Shown one piece after another: positions 13,955 through 24,789 of a stretch of 64,000 nucleotides of DNA. The notes beneath the pieces were generated by a model, which saw nothing but the letters and a program-made list of their open reading frames with translations, had not been told where the DNA came from and did no database searches. The stretch is from Mobula hypostoma (lineage: Eukaryota), in the NCBI RefSeq assembly GCF_963921235.1, contig NC_086097.1:115012001-115076000 (forward strand). Reading direction: 5' to 3'. Position numbers and translations under genes: made by a program. How positions within the stretch are numbered: the first letter of the stretch is position 1; the number at the start of each line of letters is the position of its first letter.

Positions 13955-14060
13955 AGGAATGCACAAAATGCTGGAGGAACACAGGAGATCAGGTAGCAAA
14001 AATGGAGACAAATAAGCAGTCGATGTTTTGGGCTGAGACCCTTCATCAGGACTGAAGGAG
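13955..14060 (-). mobile_element. PLE terminal-repeat fragment with decayed hammerhead (other family-1 copies ~1458-1550, 2555-2670, 31880-32140, 33308-33590, 40305-40510, all minus)
   Basis: Minus strand reads CAGTC-CTGATGA-AGGGTCTCAGCCC-AAAAC-ATC-GACTG; the body is homologous to the 3' end of the PLE at 49823-49910. Confidence 0.75.
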
Positions 14061-14382
14061 GTATTGGGTATGTTCTCCTCACAAAGTCAAAGAGAAATAC
14101 AGTATGGAAACATGTCCTTCGGACCATCAAGTTTGCATCAGTCATCAAACACTCATTTCCAACTAACCCTAAACCAAACCCATTTTATTCTCCTTACAGA
14201 ACCATTACCTATCTCCCCCGCCAACTCAGTTGCAACATTCATCCACACCCCAGAGGCAACTTACCATGGACAATTCAGCGACCAATTTTTAGGATGTGGG
14301 AAGAAACTGGGGTGCCTGAAGGAAACCATGTTGTCAGTGAGAGTGTCCACACTTCACACAGACCAATGGTCAGGATTGAAGA

Positions 14383-14582
14383 CAGAAACACTAGAGATTT
14401 CTGTAGATGCTGGGAGTCCAGAGTAATGCACACAAAATGCTGGAAGAATTCAGCAGGCCAGGCAGCACTGAATACTGGGAATAAGCAGTCAATCTTTCGG
14501 GTCTTGGTCTGAAACATTGACTATTTATTCCTCTCTATACTTACTGCCTGAACTGCTGAGTTCCTCCAGAATTGTGTGTGTG
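14383..14582. mobile_element. Palindromic (inverted) PLE terminal-repeat insertion
   Basis: CACACAAAATGCTGGAAGAATTCAGCAG...GTCAATCTTTCGGG followed by its diverged reverse complement GGTCTTGGTCTGAAACATTGAC...CTGCTGAGTTCCTCCAG; pivot at ~14498 in hammerhead stem II. Confidence 0.7.
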
Positions 14583-15420
14583 TGTGTGTGTGTGTGCATC
14601 AGACAGGATTGAAGCCAAGTTTTTGAAGCCATAAAGCAGTGGCTCTACTCATGGTGCCATGGCACCGCCCTTGACTGGGCTCTGCTGCGATACCTATTCA
14701 CAAGAACTATTTTCTAAACTATGGCAATGTCGGACACAAACGAAGTCCTCTCAGCCAGTTGTGACTCTGTTGACTTTTTGAAAGAGTTGCCCAGCTGATA
14801 TACTTTCCACTTGCCTGTTTGGGTGCAGCTTCAACAACAGTCAAAAAGTTCGTCACCATCTAAGGCCAAGCTTCCTGCTTTATTAGTATCCTATCCACCA
14901 CGTTCTCAATTAGGCCACTACAGCACCTACCAAATCTGAAACTTCTACCTCCAGGAATGACAACAGCAACAGGTACAAGGAAAGATCAGCACCGGCAGCC
15001 TACCCTCCAAATTGCACTTATCCTGACCAGGAGGTAAAGTGCTGTTTCTTTGAGGTTGCTGGGTTTAAACCATGCAACTTCCTCCTCAACAAACCCATGA
15101 GAGTGAGTACATTTACCAGTACGTCAGCAGTTCATGAAGTTGTTGAGTCGTGACCTCCAGGATGGATTTAGAGAGGTGCAAAAAAAGTGCTGGATTTGCC
15201 AGAATCCCCAGATCTCCCAAATAGGCATAAATTAAAGTAAAGCCTTTGCCTTTTCCCACAACATTACAAACAGTTTCCTTTTCAAATGTCTAAATAATTC
15301 CATTTTATTGTCCTAGCTGCAGCTTTCATCACGTCAGTTGGAGCTTTTCAGGTCATAAGAACTCACTGAGTAAAATCGTTGCACAACTGCTCCCTGAGTG
15401 CATCACTCATGTTGAGTATA

Positions 15421-18400
15421 GTCAATAGTAAGGGGGTCAGATAGGCGATTCTGTGGACGCAGTCCAGAGACCCGGATGGTAGTTTGCCTCCCTGGTGCCA
15501 GGGTCTGGGATATTTCTGAAGTTGTCCAAGATATCCTGAAGTGGGAGGGTGAGGAGCCAGAGGTCATAGTACATATAGATACCAATGACATAGGTAGGAA
15601 AAGGGATGAGGTCCTGAAAGGAGAATATAGGGAGCTAGGAAGGGAGTTGAGAAAAAGGACCGCAAAGGTAGTAATCTCAGGATTACTGCCTGTGCCACGC
15701 GACAGTGAGAGTAGGAATGCGATGAGGTGGAGGATAAATGCGTGGCTGAGGGATTGGAGCAGGGGGCAGAGATTCAAGTTTTTGGATCATTGGGACCTCT
15801 TTTGGCGCAGGCGTGACCTGTACAAAAAGGACGGGTTACACTTGAATCCTAGGGGGACCAATATCCTGGCAGGGAGATTAGCGGGGGCTACTGAGGTGAC
15901 TTTAAACTAGAATGGTTGGGGGGTGGGAATCAAATTAAAGAGGCTAGGCGTGAGGAGGTTAGTTCACAACAGGGGGATGGGAACCAGTGCAGAGAGACAG
16001 AGGGGTGTAAAGTGAGGGTAGAAGCAAAAAGTACTAAGGAGAAAAGTAAAAGTGGCAGGCCGACAAATCCAGGGCAAGCATCAAAAAGGGCCACTTTTCA
16101 ACATAATTGTATAAGGGCTAAGAGAGTTGTAAAAGAGAGCCTGAAGGCTTTGTGTGTCAATGCAAGGAGCATTCGTAATAAGGTGGATGAATTGAAAGTG
16201 CAGATTGTTATTAATGATTATGATATAGTTGGGATCACAGAGACATGGCTCCAGGGTGACCAGGGATGGGAGCTCATCGTTCAGGGATATTCAATATTCC
16301 GGAGGGATAGACATGAAGGAAGGGGAGGTGGGGTGGCGTTGCTTAAAGAAGAGATTAACGCAATAGAAAGGAAGGACATAAGCCGGGAAGACGTGGAGTC
16401 GATATGGGTAGAGCTGCGTAACACTAAGGGGCAGAAGGCACTGCTGGGAGTTGTGTACAGGCCACCTAACAGTAGTAGTGAGGTCGGCGATGGTATTAAA
16501 CAGGAATTTAGAAATGTGTGCAATAAGGGAACGGCAGTTATAATGGGTGACTTCAATCTACATGTAGATCGGGTGAACCAAATTGGTAAAGGTGCTGAGG
16601 AAGAGGATTTCTTGGAATGTATGCGGGATGGTTATTTGAACCAACATGTCGAGGAACCAACTAGAGAGCAGGTTATTCTGGACTGGGTTTTGAGCAATGA
16701 GGAAAGGTTAATTAGCGATCTTGTCGTGAGAGGCCCCTTGGGTAAGAGTGACCATAATATGGTGGAATTCTTCATTAAGATGGAGAGTGACATAGTTAAT
16801 TCAGAAACAAAGGTTCTGAACTTAAAGAAGGGTAACTTTGAAGGTATGAGACGTGAATTAGCTAAGATAGACTGGCAAATGACACTTAAAGGATTGACGG
16901 TGGATATGCAATGGCAAGCATTTAAAGGTTGCATGGATGAACTACAACAATTGTTCATCCCAGTTTGGCAAAAGAATAAATCAAGGAAGGTAGTGCACCC
17001 GTGGCTGACAAGAGAAATTAGGGATAGTATCAATTCCAAAGAAGAAGCATACAAATTAGCCAGAGAAAGTGGCTCACCTGAGGACTGGGAGAAATTCAGA
17101 GTTCAGCAGAGGAGGACAAAGGGATTAACTAGGAAGGGGAAAAAGATTATGAGAGAAAACTGGCAGGGAACATAAAAATGGACTGTAAAGGCTTTTATAG
17201 ATATGTAAAAAGGAAAAGACTGGTAAAGACAAATGTAGGTCCCCTGCAGACAGAAACAGGTGAATTGATTATGGGGAGCAAGAACATGGCAGACCAATTG
17301 AATAATTACTTTGGTTCTGTCTTCACTAAGGAGGACATAAATAATCTTCCAGAAATAGTAGGGGACAGAGGGTCCAGTGAGATGGAGGAACTGAGCGAAA
17401 TACATGTTAGTAGGGAAGTGGTGTTAGGTAAATTGAAGGGATTGAAAGCAGATAAATCCCCAGGGCCAGATGGTCTGCATCCTAGAGTGCTTAAGGAAGT
17501 AGCCCAAGAAATAGTGGATACATTAGTGATAATTTTTCAAAACTCGTTAGATTCTGGACTAGTTCCTGAGGATTGGAGGGTGGCTAATGTAACTCCACTT
17601 TTTAAAAAAGGAGGGAGAGAGAAACCGGGGAATTATAGACCGGTTAGCCTAACGTCGGTGGTGGGGAAACTGCTGGAGTCAATTATCAAGGATGTAATAA
17701 CACCACATTTGGAAAGCGGTGAAATGATCGGACAAAGTCAGCATGGATTTGTGAAAGGAAAATCATGTCTGACGAATCTCATAGAATTTTTTGAGGATGT
17801 AACTAGTAGAGTGGATAGGGGAGAACCAGTGGATGTGGTATATTTGGATTTTCAAAAGGCTTTTGACAAGGTCCCACACAGGAGATTAGTGTGCAAACTT
17901 AAAGCACACGGTATTGGGGGTAAGGTATTGGTGTGGGTGGAGAATTGGTTAGCAGACAAGAAGCAAAGAGTGGGAATAAACAGGACCTTTTCAGAATGGC
18001 AGGCGGTGACTAGTGGGGTACCGCAAGGCTCAGTGCTGGGACCTCAGTTGTTTACAATATATATTAATGACTTGGATGAGGGAATTAAATGCAGCATCTC
18101 CAAGTTTGCGGATGACATGAAGCTGGGTGGCAGTGTTAGCTGTGAGGAGGATGCTAAGAGGATGCAGGGTGACTTGGATAGGTTGGGTGAGTGGGCAAAT
18201 TCATGGCAGATGCAATTTAATGTGGATAAATGTGAAGTTATCCACTTTGGTGGCAAAAATAGGAAAACAGATTATTATCTGAATGGTGGCCGATTAGGAA
18301 AAGGGGAGGTGCAACGAGACCTGGGTGTCATTATACACCAGTCATTGAAAGTGGGCATGCAGGTACAGCAGGCGGTGAAAAAGGCGAATGGTATGCTGGC

Positions 18401-19044
18401 ATTTATAGCGAGAGGATTCGAGTACAGGATCAGGGAGTACTACTGTAGTTGTACAAGGCCTTGCTGAGACCACACCTGGAGTATTGTGTGCAGTTTTGGT
18501 CCCCTAATTTGAGGAAAGACATCCTTGCCTTAGAGGGAGTACAAAGAAGGTTCACCAGATTGATTCCTGGGATGGCAGGACTTTCATATGAAGAAAGACT
18601 GGATGAACTGGGCTTGTACTCGTTGGAATTTAGAAGATTGAGGGGGGATCTGATTGAAACGTATAAGATCCTAAAGGGATTGGACAGGCTGGATGCAGGA
18701 AGATCGTTCCTGATGTTGGGGAAGTCCAGAACGAGGGGCCACAGTTTGAGGATAGAGGGGAAGCCTTTTAGGACCGAGATTAGGAAAAACTTCTTCACAC
18801 AGAGAGTGGTGAATCTGTGGAATTCTCTGCCACAGGAAACAGTTGAGGCCAGTTTATTGGCTATATTTAAGAGGGAGTTAGATATGGCCCTTGTGGCTAC
18901 GGGGGTCAGGGGGTATGGAGGGAAGACTGGGGCGGGGTTCTGAGTTGGATGATCAGCCATGATCATAATAAATGGCGGTGCAGGCTCGAAGGGCCGAATG
19001 GGGCCTACTCCTGCACCTATTTTCTATGTTTCTATGTTTCTATG
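15421..19044 (+). mobile_element. Young CR1 LINE, 5'-truncated in ORF1: SGNH-esterase ORF1 remnant plus ORF2 (APE endonuclease and RT) with two frameshifts
   Basis: ORF1 C-terminus HIDTND...DGLHLN; APE motifs NARSI, GITETW, MGDFN, SDHNMV; RT motifs YLDFQKAFD, GVPQGSVLGP, KFADD; frameshifts at ~17140 and ~18430; (TTTCTATG)3 tail ending 19044. Confidence 0.97.
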
Positions 19045-19119
19045 ATGTTCTCCTCAGGGGTTATTCCCCTAATGGAAAATGTCTGTGCATGATTTTGTTC
19101 AATGGGGGAAAGCTGCTTT

Positions 19120-19601
19120 ACAGGTAGCCATCACATGTTCCTTGATTGTGTTAGATCCGAGGTGCTCTTCTGCACACAACTGTTGTAATGCATGTTTATT
19201 TGAGTTATTGTCACCTTCCTGTCATCTTGAACCTGTGTGGCCATTCTCCTCTGATCTCTCGCAGCAACAAGCCATTTTTACTCACGGAACTGCCGCTCAC
19301 TAGATGTTTTATGTTTTTATGCCATTCTCTGTAAACACTAGAGCATGTGAAAAACCCAGGAGATCAGCAGTTATTGAGATACTCAAACCACCCTGTCTGG
19401 CACCAAACACCATTCCATGGTCAAAGTCACTTAGATTACATTTCTTCCCCATCCTGATGTTTGGTCTGAAAATCAACTGAACCTCTTGACCATGTCTGCA
19501 TGCTTTTATGCATTGTGTTGCTGCCTCATAATTGGCTGATTAGATATTTGCATTAACGAGCAGCTGTACATGTGTACCTAATAAAGTGGCAACAGAGTGT
19601 A
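19120..19601 (-). mobile_element. Tc1/mariner non-autonomous element (copies ~23660-24140-, 32294-32790+, 35628-36175+, 62125-62250-)
   Basis: TIR CACTCAGTGGCCACTTTATTAGGTACA-like flanked by TA; the 35693 ORF retains a Tc1 N-terminal HTH remnant (MGKKCDFECGIIVGAR...TVSRVYRE). Confidence 0.8.
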
Positions 19602-19729
19602 CTTCTCAACTTCCTTGTCAGTTTGAGTTCAAAGTAGTGCTTTGAAGAATTTCTGGAATAAACTGTATGAACTGGAAATTAAGGAAAAACTGCATTTGTT
19701 TTTGGTTGTATTCATAAAATGTCTACTTG

Positions 19730-20525
19730 ATCCAACCAAGCAGAGTCTACTGCCAAGAAGACCCACCAGCACCTTTACTTCCTGAGGAAGCTAAGGAAAT
19801 TTGGCCTGTCCCCTAAAACCCTCACTAATTTTTATAGATGCACTGTAGAAAGCATTCTTCTGGGGTGCATCACAACCTGGTATGGAAGTTGTTCCTGTCC
19901 AAGACTGGAAGAAGCTACAGAAGATCGTGAACACAGCCCAGCACATCACACAAACCAATCTTCCATTCTTGACGAAGGGTCTCGGCCTGAAACGTCGACT
20001 GTACCTCTTCCAATAGATGCTGCTTGGCCTGCTGCGTTCACCAGCAACTTTGATGTATGTTGCTTGAATTTCCAGCATCTGCAGAATTCCTGTTGTTTCC
20101 ATTCTTGGACTTACTTTACACTGCACGCTGTTGGAGCATTGCTGCCAGGATAATCAAGGACACGATCCACCCAGCCAACACACTTTTCGTCCCTCTTCCC
20201 TCTGGACGAAGGCTCAGGAGCTTGAAGACTCATACAGCCAGATTTGGGAACAGCTTCTTTCCAACTGTGATAAGACTGCTGAACGGATCCTGACCCAGAT
20301 CTGGGCCATACCCTCCAAATATCCGGACCTGCCTCTCGATTTTTTTTGCACTATCTTACTTTCCCTTTTCTATTTTCTATTTATGATTTATAATTTAAAT
20401 TTTTAATATTTACTATCGATTTGTACTCCAGGGAGCACGAAGAACAGAATCAAATATGGCTGTGGTGACTGTACGCTCTGGTATCAATTGTTTGGCGACA
20501 ATAAATTATAAAGCATAAAGTATAA
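19730..20525 (+). mobile_element. Rex1/Babar 3' fragment interrupted by a PLE mini-insertion
   Basis: LYFLRKLRKFGL, FYRCTVESIL, LPSGRRLRS...NSFFPTVIRLLN; 3' tail near 20500. Confidence 0.85.
19972..20096 (+). mobile_element. 125-bp PLE-derived mini-retroelement starting inside a hammerhead core
   Basis: Perfect 11-bp TSD TTCCATTCTTG (19961-19971 / 20097-20107); 4 mismatches versus the copy at 58095-58229. Confidence 0.9.
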
Positions 20526-20980
20526 AAGGTTATTGTCTAAAATCTCTGATATTGTTATGTAATTCATTATAAGACAATTTTGAAAACTTCATAGCCATTC
20601 ATTATCAATTATTGAACGAAAACCACAAAAGGACAGTTGTTGCACTAAGGTTAAAATATTAAGATACAGCTTTCAGAATAAATTAGCTGGCCCGGAATGA
20701 AGGTTTTTTTTGTGGAAAACTGGTAAATACAAAAATGATTCTGGATGCATTTTTGGGTGTTGCTTCGGGAAAAGAATATTAAAATAATGCCGAGCTGAAT
20801 ATGATTGATTTCACTTCTTAAATAAAGAATGATTCTTTGAACAGTAGCAGATTCATTATTTTTGGTTCTAAAGTATATGAAAAGCAAAATGAAATTTTAT
20901 TGATCTAAATTATAATTGTAACAGACATGCTGATTTTATTATGTTCTAAATTTTATATGATATCATTTATTTTCATTCAG

Positions 20981-21033
20981 TGAAGACGAAGACGAGGAGC
21001 CAAAAGCAGCAGCACAAGTACTAATAGAAAGAT
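20981..21033 (+). CDS. Candidate 53-nt internal coding exon (EDEDEEPKAAAQVLIER)
   Basis: Strong acceptor TTTATTTTCATTCAG|, donor |GTAAGG, purine-rich GAAGAC repeats, only one open frame (phase 2 to phase 1), unique AT-rich flanks. Confidence 0.6.
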
Positions 21034-21249
21034 GTAAGGTATACTTGAAGTTCTATGGCATATATGACATATTCACGACAGCAGCCATCCAAAAGTCTCC
21101 ATAGCTAATTAAGCAATTTGATATGCAGACTCCAGAGCAGGGGTTCTCAACCTTTTTAAAGCCATGAACACCTATCATTAACCGTAGATGCCGGGTTGGG
21201 AACCCCTGCTCTAGAGTAATGTAAGAATTGTTGTCACTGGTAAAAATAA

Positions 21250-21505
21250 TGACATAATATGTCCTGCGGTAAATAAGAACTGGATTTTGATTGTAAAAAA
21301 GGTGGGATAGTGGAAACCCGATTGGATGAGGACTAACCAATCAGGAGGTACTGGCAATGGCGGGGGGGGGGGGGGGGAGGTATATATACCACCGGACTAG
21401 ACATTCCTAGGCATCATCCCTGATGAAGATGGCAGAGTTTGCCTTGGAAATGTTGGTTAAAATCAATGCTGGTACCTGGGTGGGAGTTCGAGAAGAGTTT
21501 ATTCG
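21250..21505 (+). mobile_element. Second PLE-type terminal repeat family with decayed hammerhead (also ~49245-49370 minus)
   Basis: CCAAT and TATATA elements, then CCCTGATGA-AGATGGCAGAGTTTGCCTTG-GAAATGTT-GGTTAAAAT, consistent with CpG-decayed GAAACGTC. Confidence 0.6.
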
Positions 21506-22330
21506 TTATTCTCCACAGTCATTTGTGGCAATGAATTCCACAGATTCATCACCCCCTGGCTAAAGAAATTCCTCTTCATCTCTGTTATAAAGAAACATCC
21601 CTCAGTTCTGTGGCTGTGTCCTCTGGTCCTAGACTTACTCACTATGGGAAACATGCTCTCCACATCCACTCTATCTAGGCCTTTCAGTACTTGATAGGTT
21701 TTAATGAGAACCCCTGTCATTTGTTTAAACTCCAATTAGTGCAGGCCCAGAACCATCAAATACTCCTCATGCATTAACTCTTTCATTCCCAGAATCATTC
21801 TTGTGAACCTCTGGACATTCTCCAAAGACAGCACATCTTTTCTTAGATAAGAGGCCCACCTGCTTTCAATATACCAAAGTGCAGTCTGACCAAGGTTGGA
21901 CAGTAGACTAGAGAAAGGTTGAATAGGTTAAGATTGTTTTTTGCTGGAGCGTAGGAGGATGAGGGGAGATTTCATAGAGGTATACAAAATTATAGTGGTA
22001 TAGATAGGGTAAGTACAAGCAAGCTTTCTCCAGTGAGGTTGGATGAGACTAGAATTAGATGTCATGGGTTAAGGGTGAATGGTGAAATGTTGAGGGAGAC
22101 CATGAGGGGGAGCTTCTTCACTCAGAGGGTGGAGAGAGTGTGGAACGAGCTACCAACAAACATGGTGGATGTGGGTTCAATTTCAGCACTTAAGAGAAAT
22201 TTGGATAATTGCAGTAATGAGAGGGGCATGAAGGACTATGGTCCAGGTGCAGGTTGATGTGATTATGCAGAGTAATAGTTTGCATGGACTAGATAGGCTG
22301 AATGGATGTAGTTCTCAATGACTCTATTTA
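21506..22330. mobile_element. Two CR1 3' fragments in opposite orientation
   Basis: ORFs 21499-21735(-) and 22033-22257(+) with FFSQGVMNLWNSLP and FFTQRVERVWNELP. Confidence 0.8.
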
Positions 22331-22789
22331 GTTTCTGCATTCTTCCTGTCCAACTTGTGCCCATTTTGTTCAGCATTTTCTCTCCATTGCGTACTCACCA
22401 AACACTGTCCAGTTTCTTCTGCAGACACCTTGCATCTATTTCACAACTCACCTTTCTATAATCAGCAAATCTGGAAATATTAATCTGTTCCCTGGAAATG
22501 AGATCATGTAACAGTGTGTTTCTGTGTGAGATGTGTTGGAATGAAAAAAGTGAATAAGCATCATGCATCTGCCCTGTTGAATCATAGCGCCTTACAGGAA
22601 ATAAACAGCCCTTGGGCTGACTGCCATCCTCTTCCCCGCTCTTGCCAACTGTTAGGTATCCATCTGCATTATAAACGGGTCATGGCATTTTATGAAACAG
22701 TGATCTTCATCATTTTTGCCTAGCCTGAAGAAGCAGGATTTTATATTGTCGGAGAGACTTTAATCTGCATGACTTGAACTAGTCACAGT

Positions 22790-23076
22790 GTGTTAAAAGG
22801 GCCCGAAGAATCATTGGAGACCTGAGTCACCACAACCACAAACTGTTCCAGCTGCTACCATCCGGGAAATGGTACCGCAGCATAAAAGCCAGGACCAACA
22901 GGCTCCTGGACAGTTTCTTCCACCAGGCATCAGACTGCTTAATTCTTGCTGATGTAACTGTATTTCTATGTTAGATTGACTATCCTGTTGTACATAATAT
23001 TTATTATAAATTTCTATGATTGCACATTACACATTTGAATGGAGATGTGATAAAGTCAATTCAATTCAATTCAATT
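22790..23076 (+). mobile_element. Rex1/Babar 3' end
   Basis: LFQLLPSGKWYRS...SFFHQA and an (AATTC)n tail. Confidence 0.8.
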
Positions 23077-24789
23077 GAGTGTGCTACTCTTTTAGCTTAT
23101 GTACTTACCAGATCTGCTTTGGGCTCTCAAATCCCATTGCACCCTCTACAAGCACCCACCTCAACTGACTGAACTCCTGTTTACCCTGACAATTCATCTG
23201 AATGATGTCAGCAGTCTTTTGACTCAGCAACCGCTCCCCCCCACCCCCAGTCTTTGAGATAGATGTGATTGCTGCAATTGTGAAAAAGAATGGGCAGGAA
23301 ATTAGGGCCCATGAGGCATTGAATGCTTATTTCCTTTCACACAGCAAGTGCTTTAGATTAATTTAGTGAGATCAGCATGGCCCTGCAGTATGCAGGAGTA
23401 TAGTCTTTACTAGATTAATATTAAGATTAGTTGTATTTGTCATATGTACATTGAAGCATTCAATGAAATGTATTGTTTCATAGTAAAATCATCAGTGGAT
23501 GGAGGGGATAGAGCAGAAAACAGCCTTGTGTCAATTGGATGAGGCGTTCGAAACAATGTTGCTTAGAATAACTCACTTAGCTAACTGTCCCTCAGAAATC
23601 TGTTAAAAAAAGATGAATTAATTTTCCAGCTGGGATGGGAAGGCAGTTGTCTCCTTAAGTTCCCCACTGGCCCTCCATGAAAGGGTGTTTGTGGTCTTCT
23701 GCTGCTGTAGCCCATCCACTTCAAGGTTTGACCCGCTGTGTATTCAGGAGATGAACTTCTGCATGCCACGCTTTGTAACAAATGGTGACTCGAGTTACTG
23801 TTAGCTTGAACCAGTCTAACCACACTTCCCTGACCTCTCTTATTAAGAGGGTGTTTTTGCCACAGAACTGCTGCGCTTGAATGTTTTTTTTCGTTTTTCA
23901 CACCATTCTCCATACAGTCTAGAGACTGTTGTGCGTGAAAATTCTATGGTATCAGCAGTTTCTGAGATACTCAAACCATCCCGTCTGGCACCAACAATCA
24001 TTCCATTGTAGATCACATTTTTTCCTCATTCAGATGTTTGGTCTGAAAAACAACTCAATCTCTTGACCATGAGTGTCTGCTTTTATGCATTGAGTTGCTG
24101 CTACATGGTCGGCTGATTAGATAGTTGTCTTAATGAGCAGGTTGAAGTCAGAACTGGGAAGGAGACAAAAGAAATTTGTTAAGTTGCCAGTGGATAGGGT
24201 AGATAGGACGGCTCTAATAGGGTAAAGTGAGGGCATAAGCTGTAAATAAGGTTATCTGCTACATGAGTGAATGGGACCAGTTAAAGAGTAAGAACGTAGA
24301 CAGTAGAGACAAGGACATGCAGTTATGGCCCAAGTGCAGAGGGAGAATCTAAAGACGACAATCTAAATGATAGTCTTCTTTCTCAGAACAAGGAAAATGA
24401 TGAGCAGAGAACATTGACATTGCTGTGTTTTTGGTCAAAATATAAGAAGACTGATATCAGAGGAAAGGAGTTAAATACCACCACAATGAAAAACTAAATG
24501 GCTGGAACGTGCATACACACGAGCATGATTTCCAACACCACTCAGCAGCCAGTCTTGTCACTAGGTCAGAGTGCTGTTTACTGTATATTCCACTGTTTAC
24601 TGTTCCCCTGTGCTAAATGCATTTTGAATTATATTTTATTAACTGATATATGGTAATATTTTTGTTCATGTGCTGTGTGTGTTATATGTTTTGTGGATGC
24701 ACTGTGGTCTGGATGAATGCTGTTTCAGCTTGATCTTGAACTTGAACTATGCCCAGCAGCAACTGTGACCTTCAGCTATGCAACAGCAG

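Noticed and set aside
15476..15910. SGNH hydrolase as a host or horizontally acquired enzyme gene
   Set aside because: It is the standard esterase domain of CR1 ORF1, directly upstream of ORF2 and duplicated at ~60.7-61.2 kb.
16281..18966. Long antisense ORFs over CR1 (also on the + strand at 59.6-61.2 kb)
   Set aside because: Shadow ORFs arising from the codon bias of the sense CR1 ORFs; no independent protein motifs.
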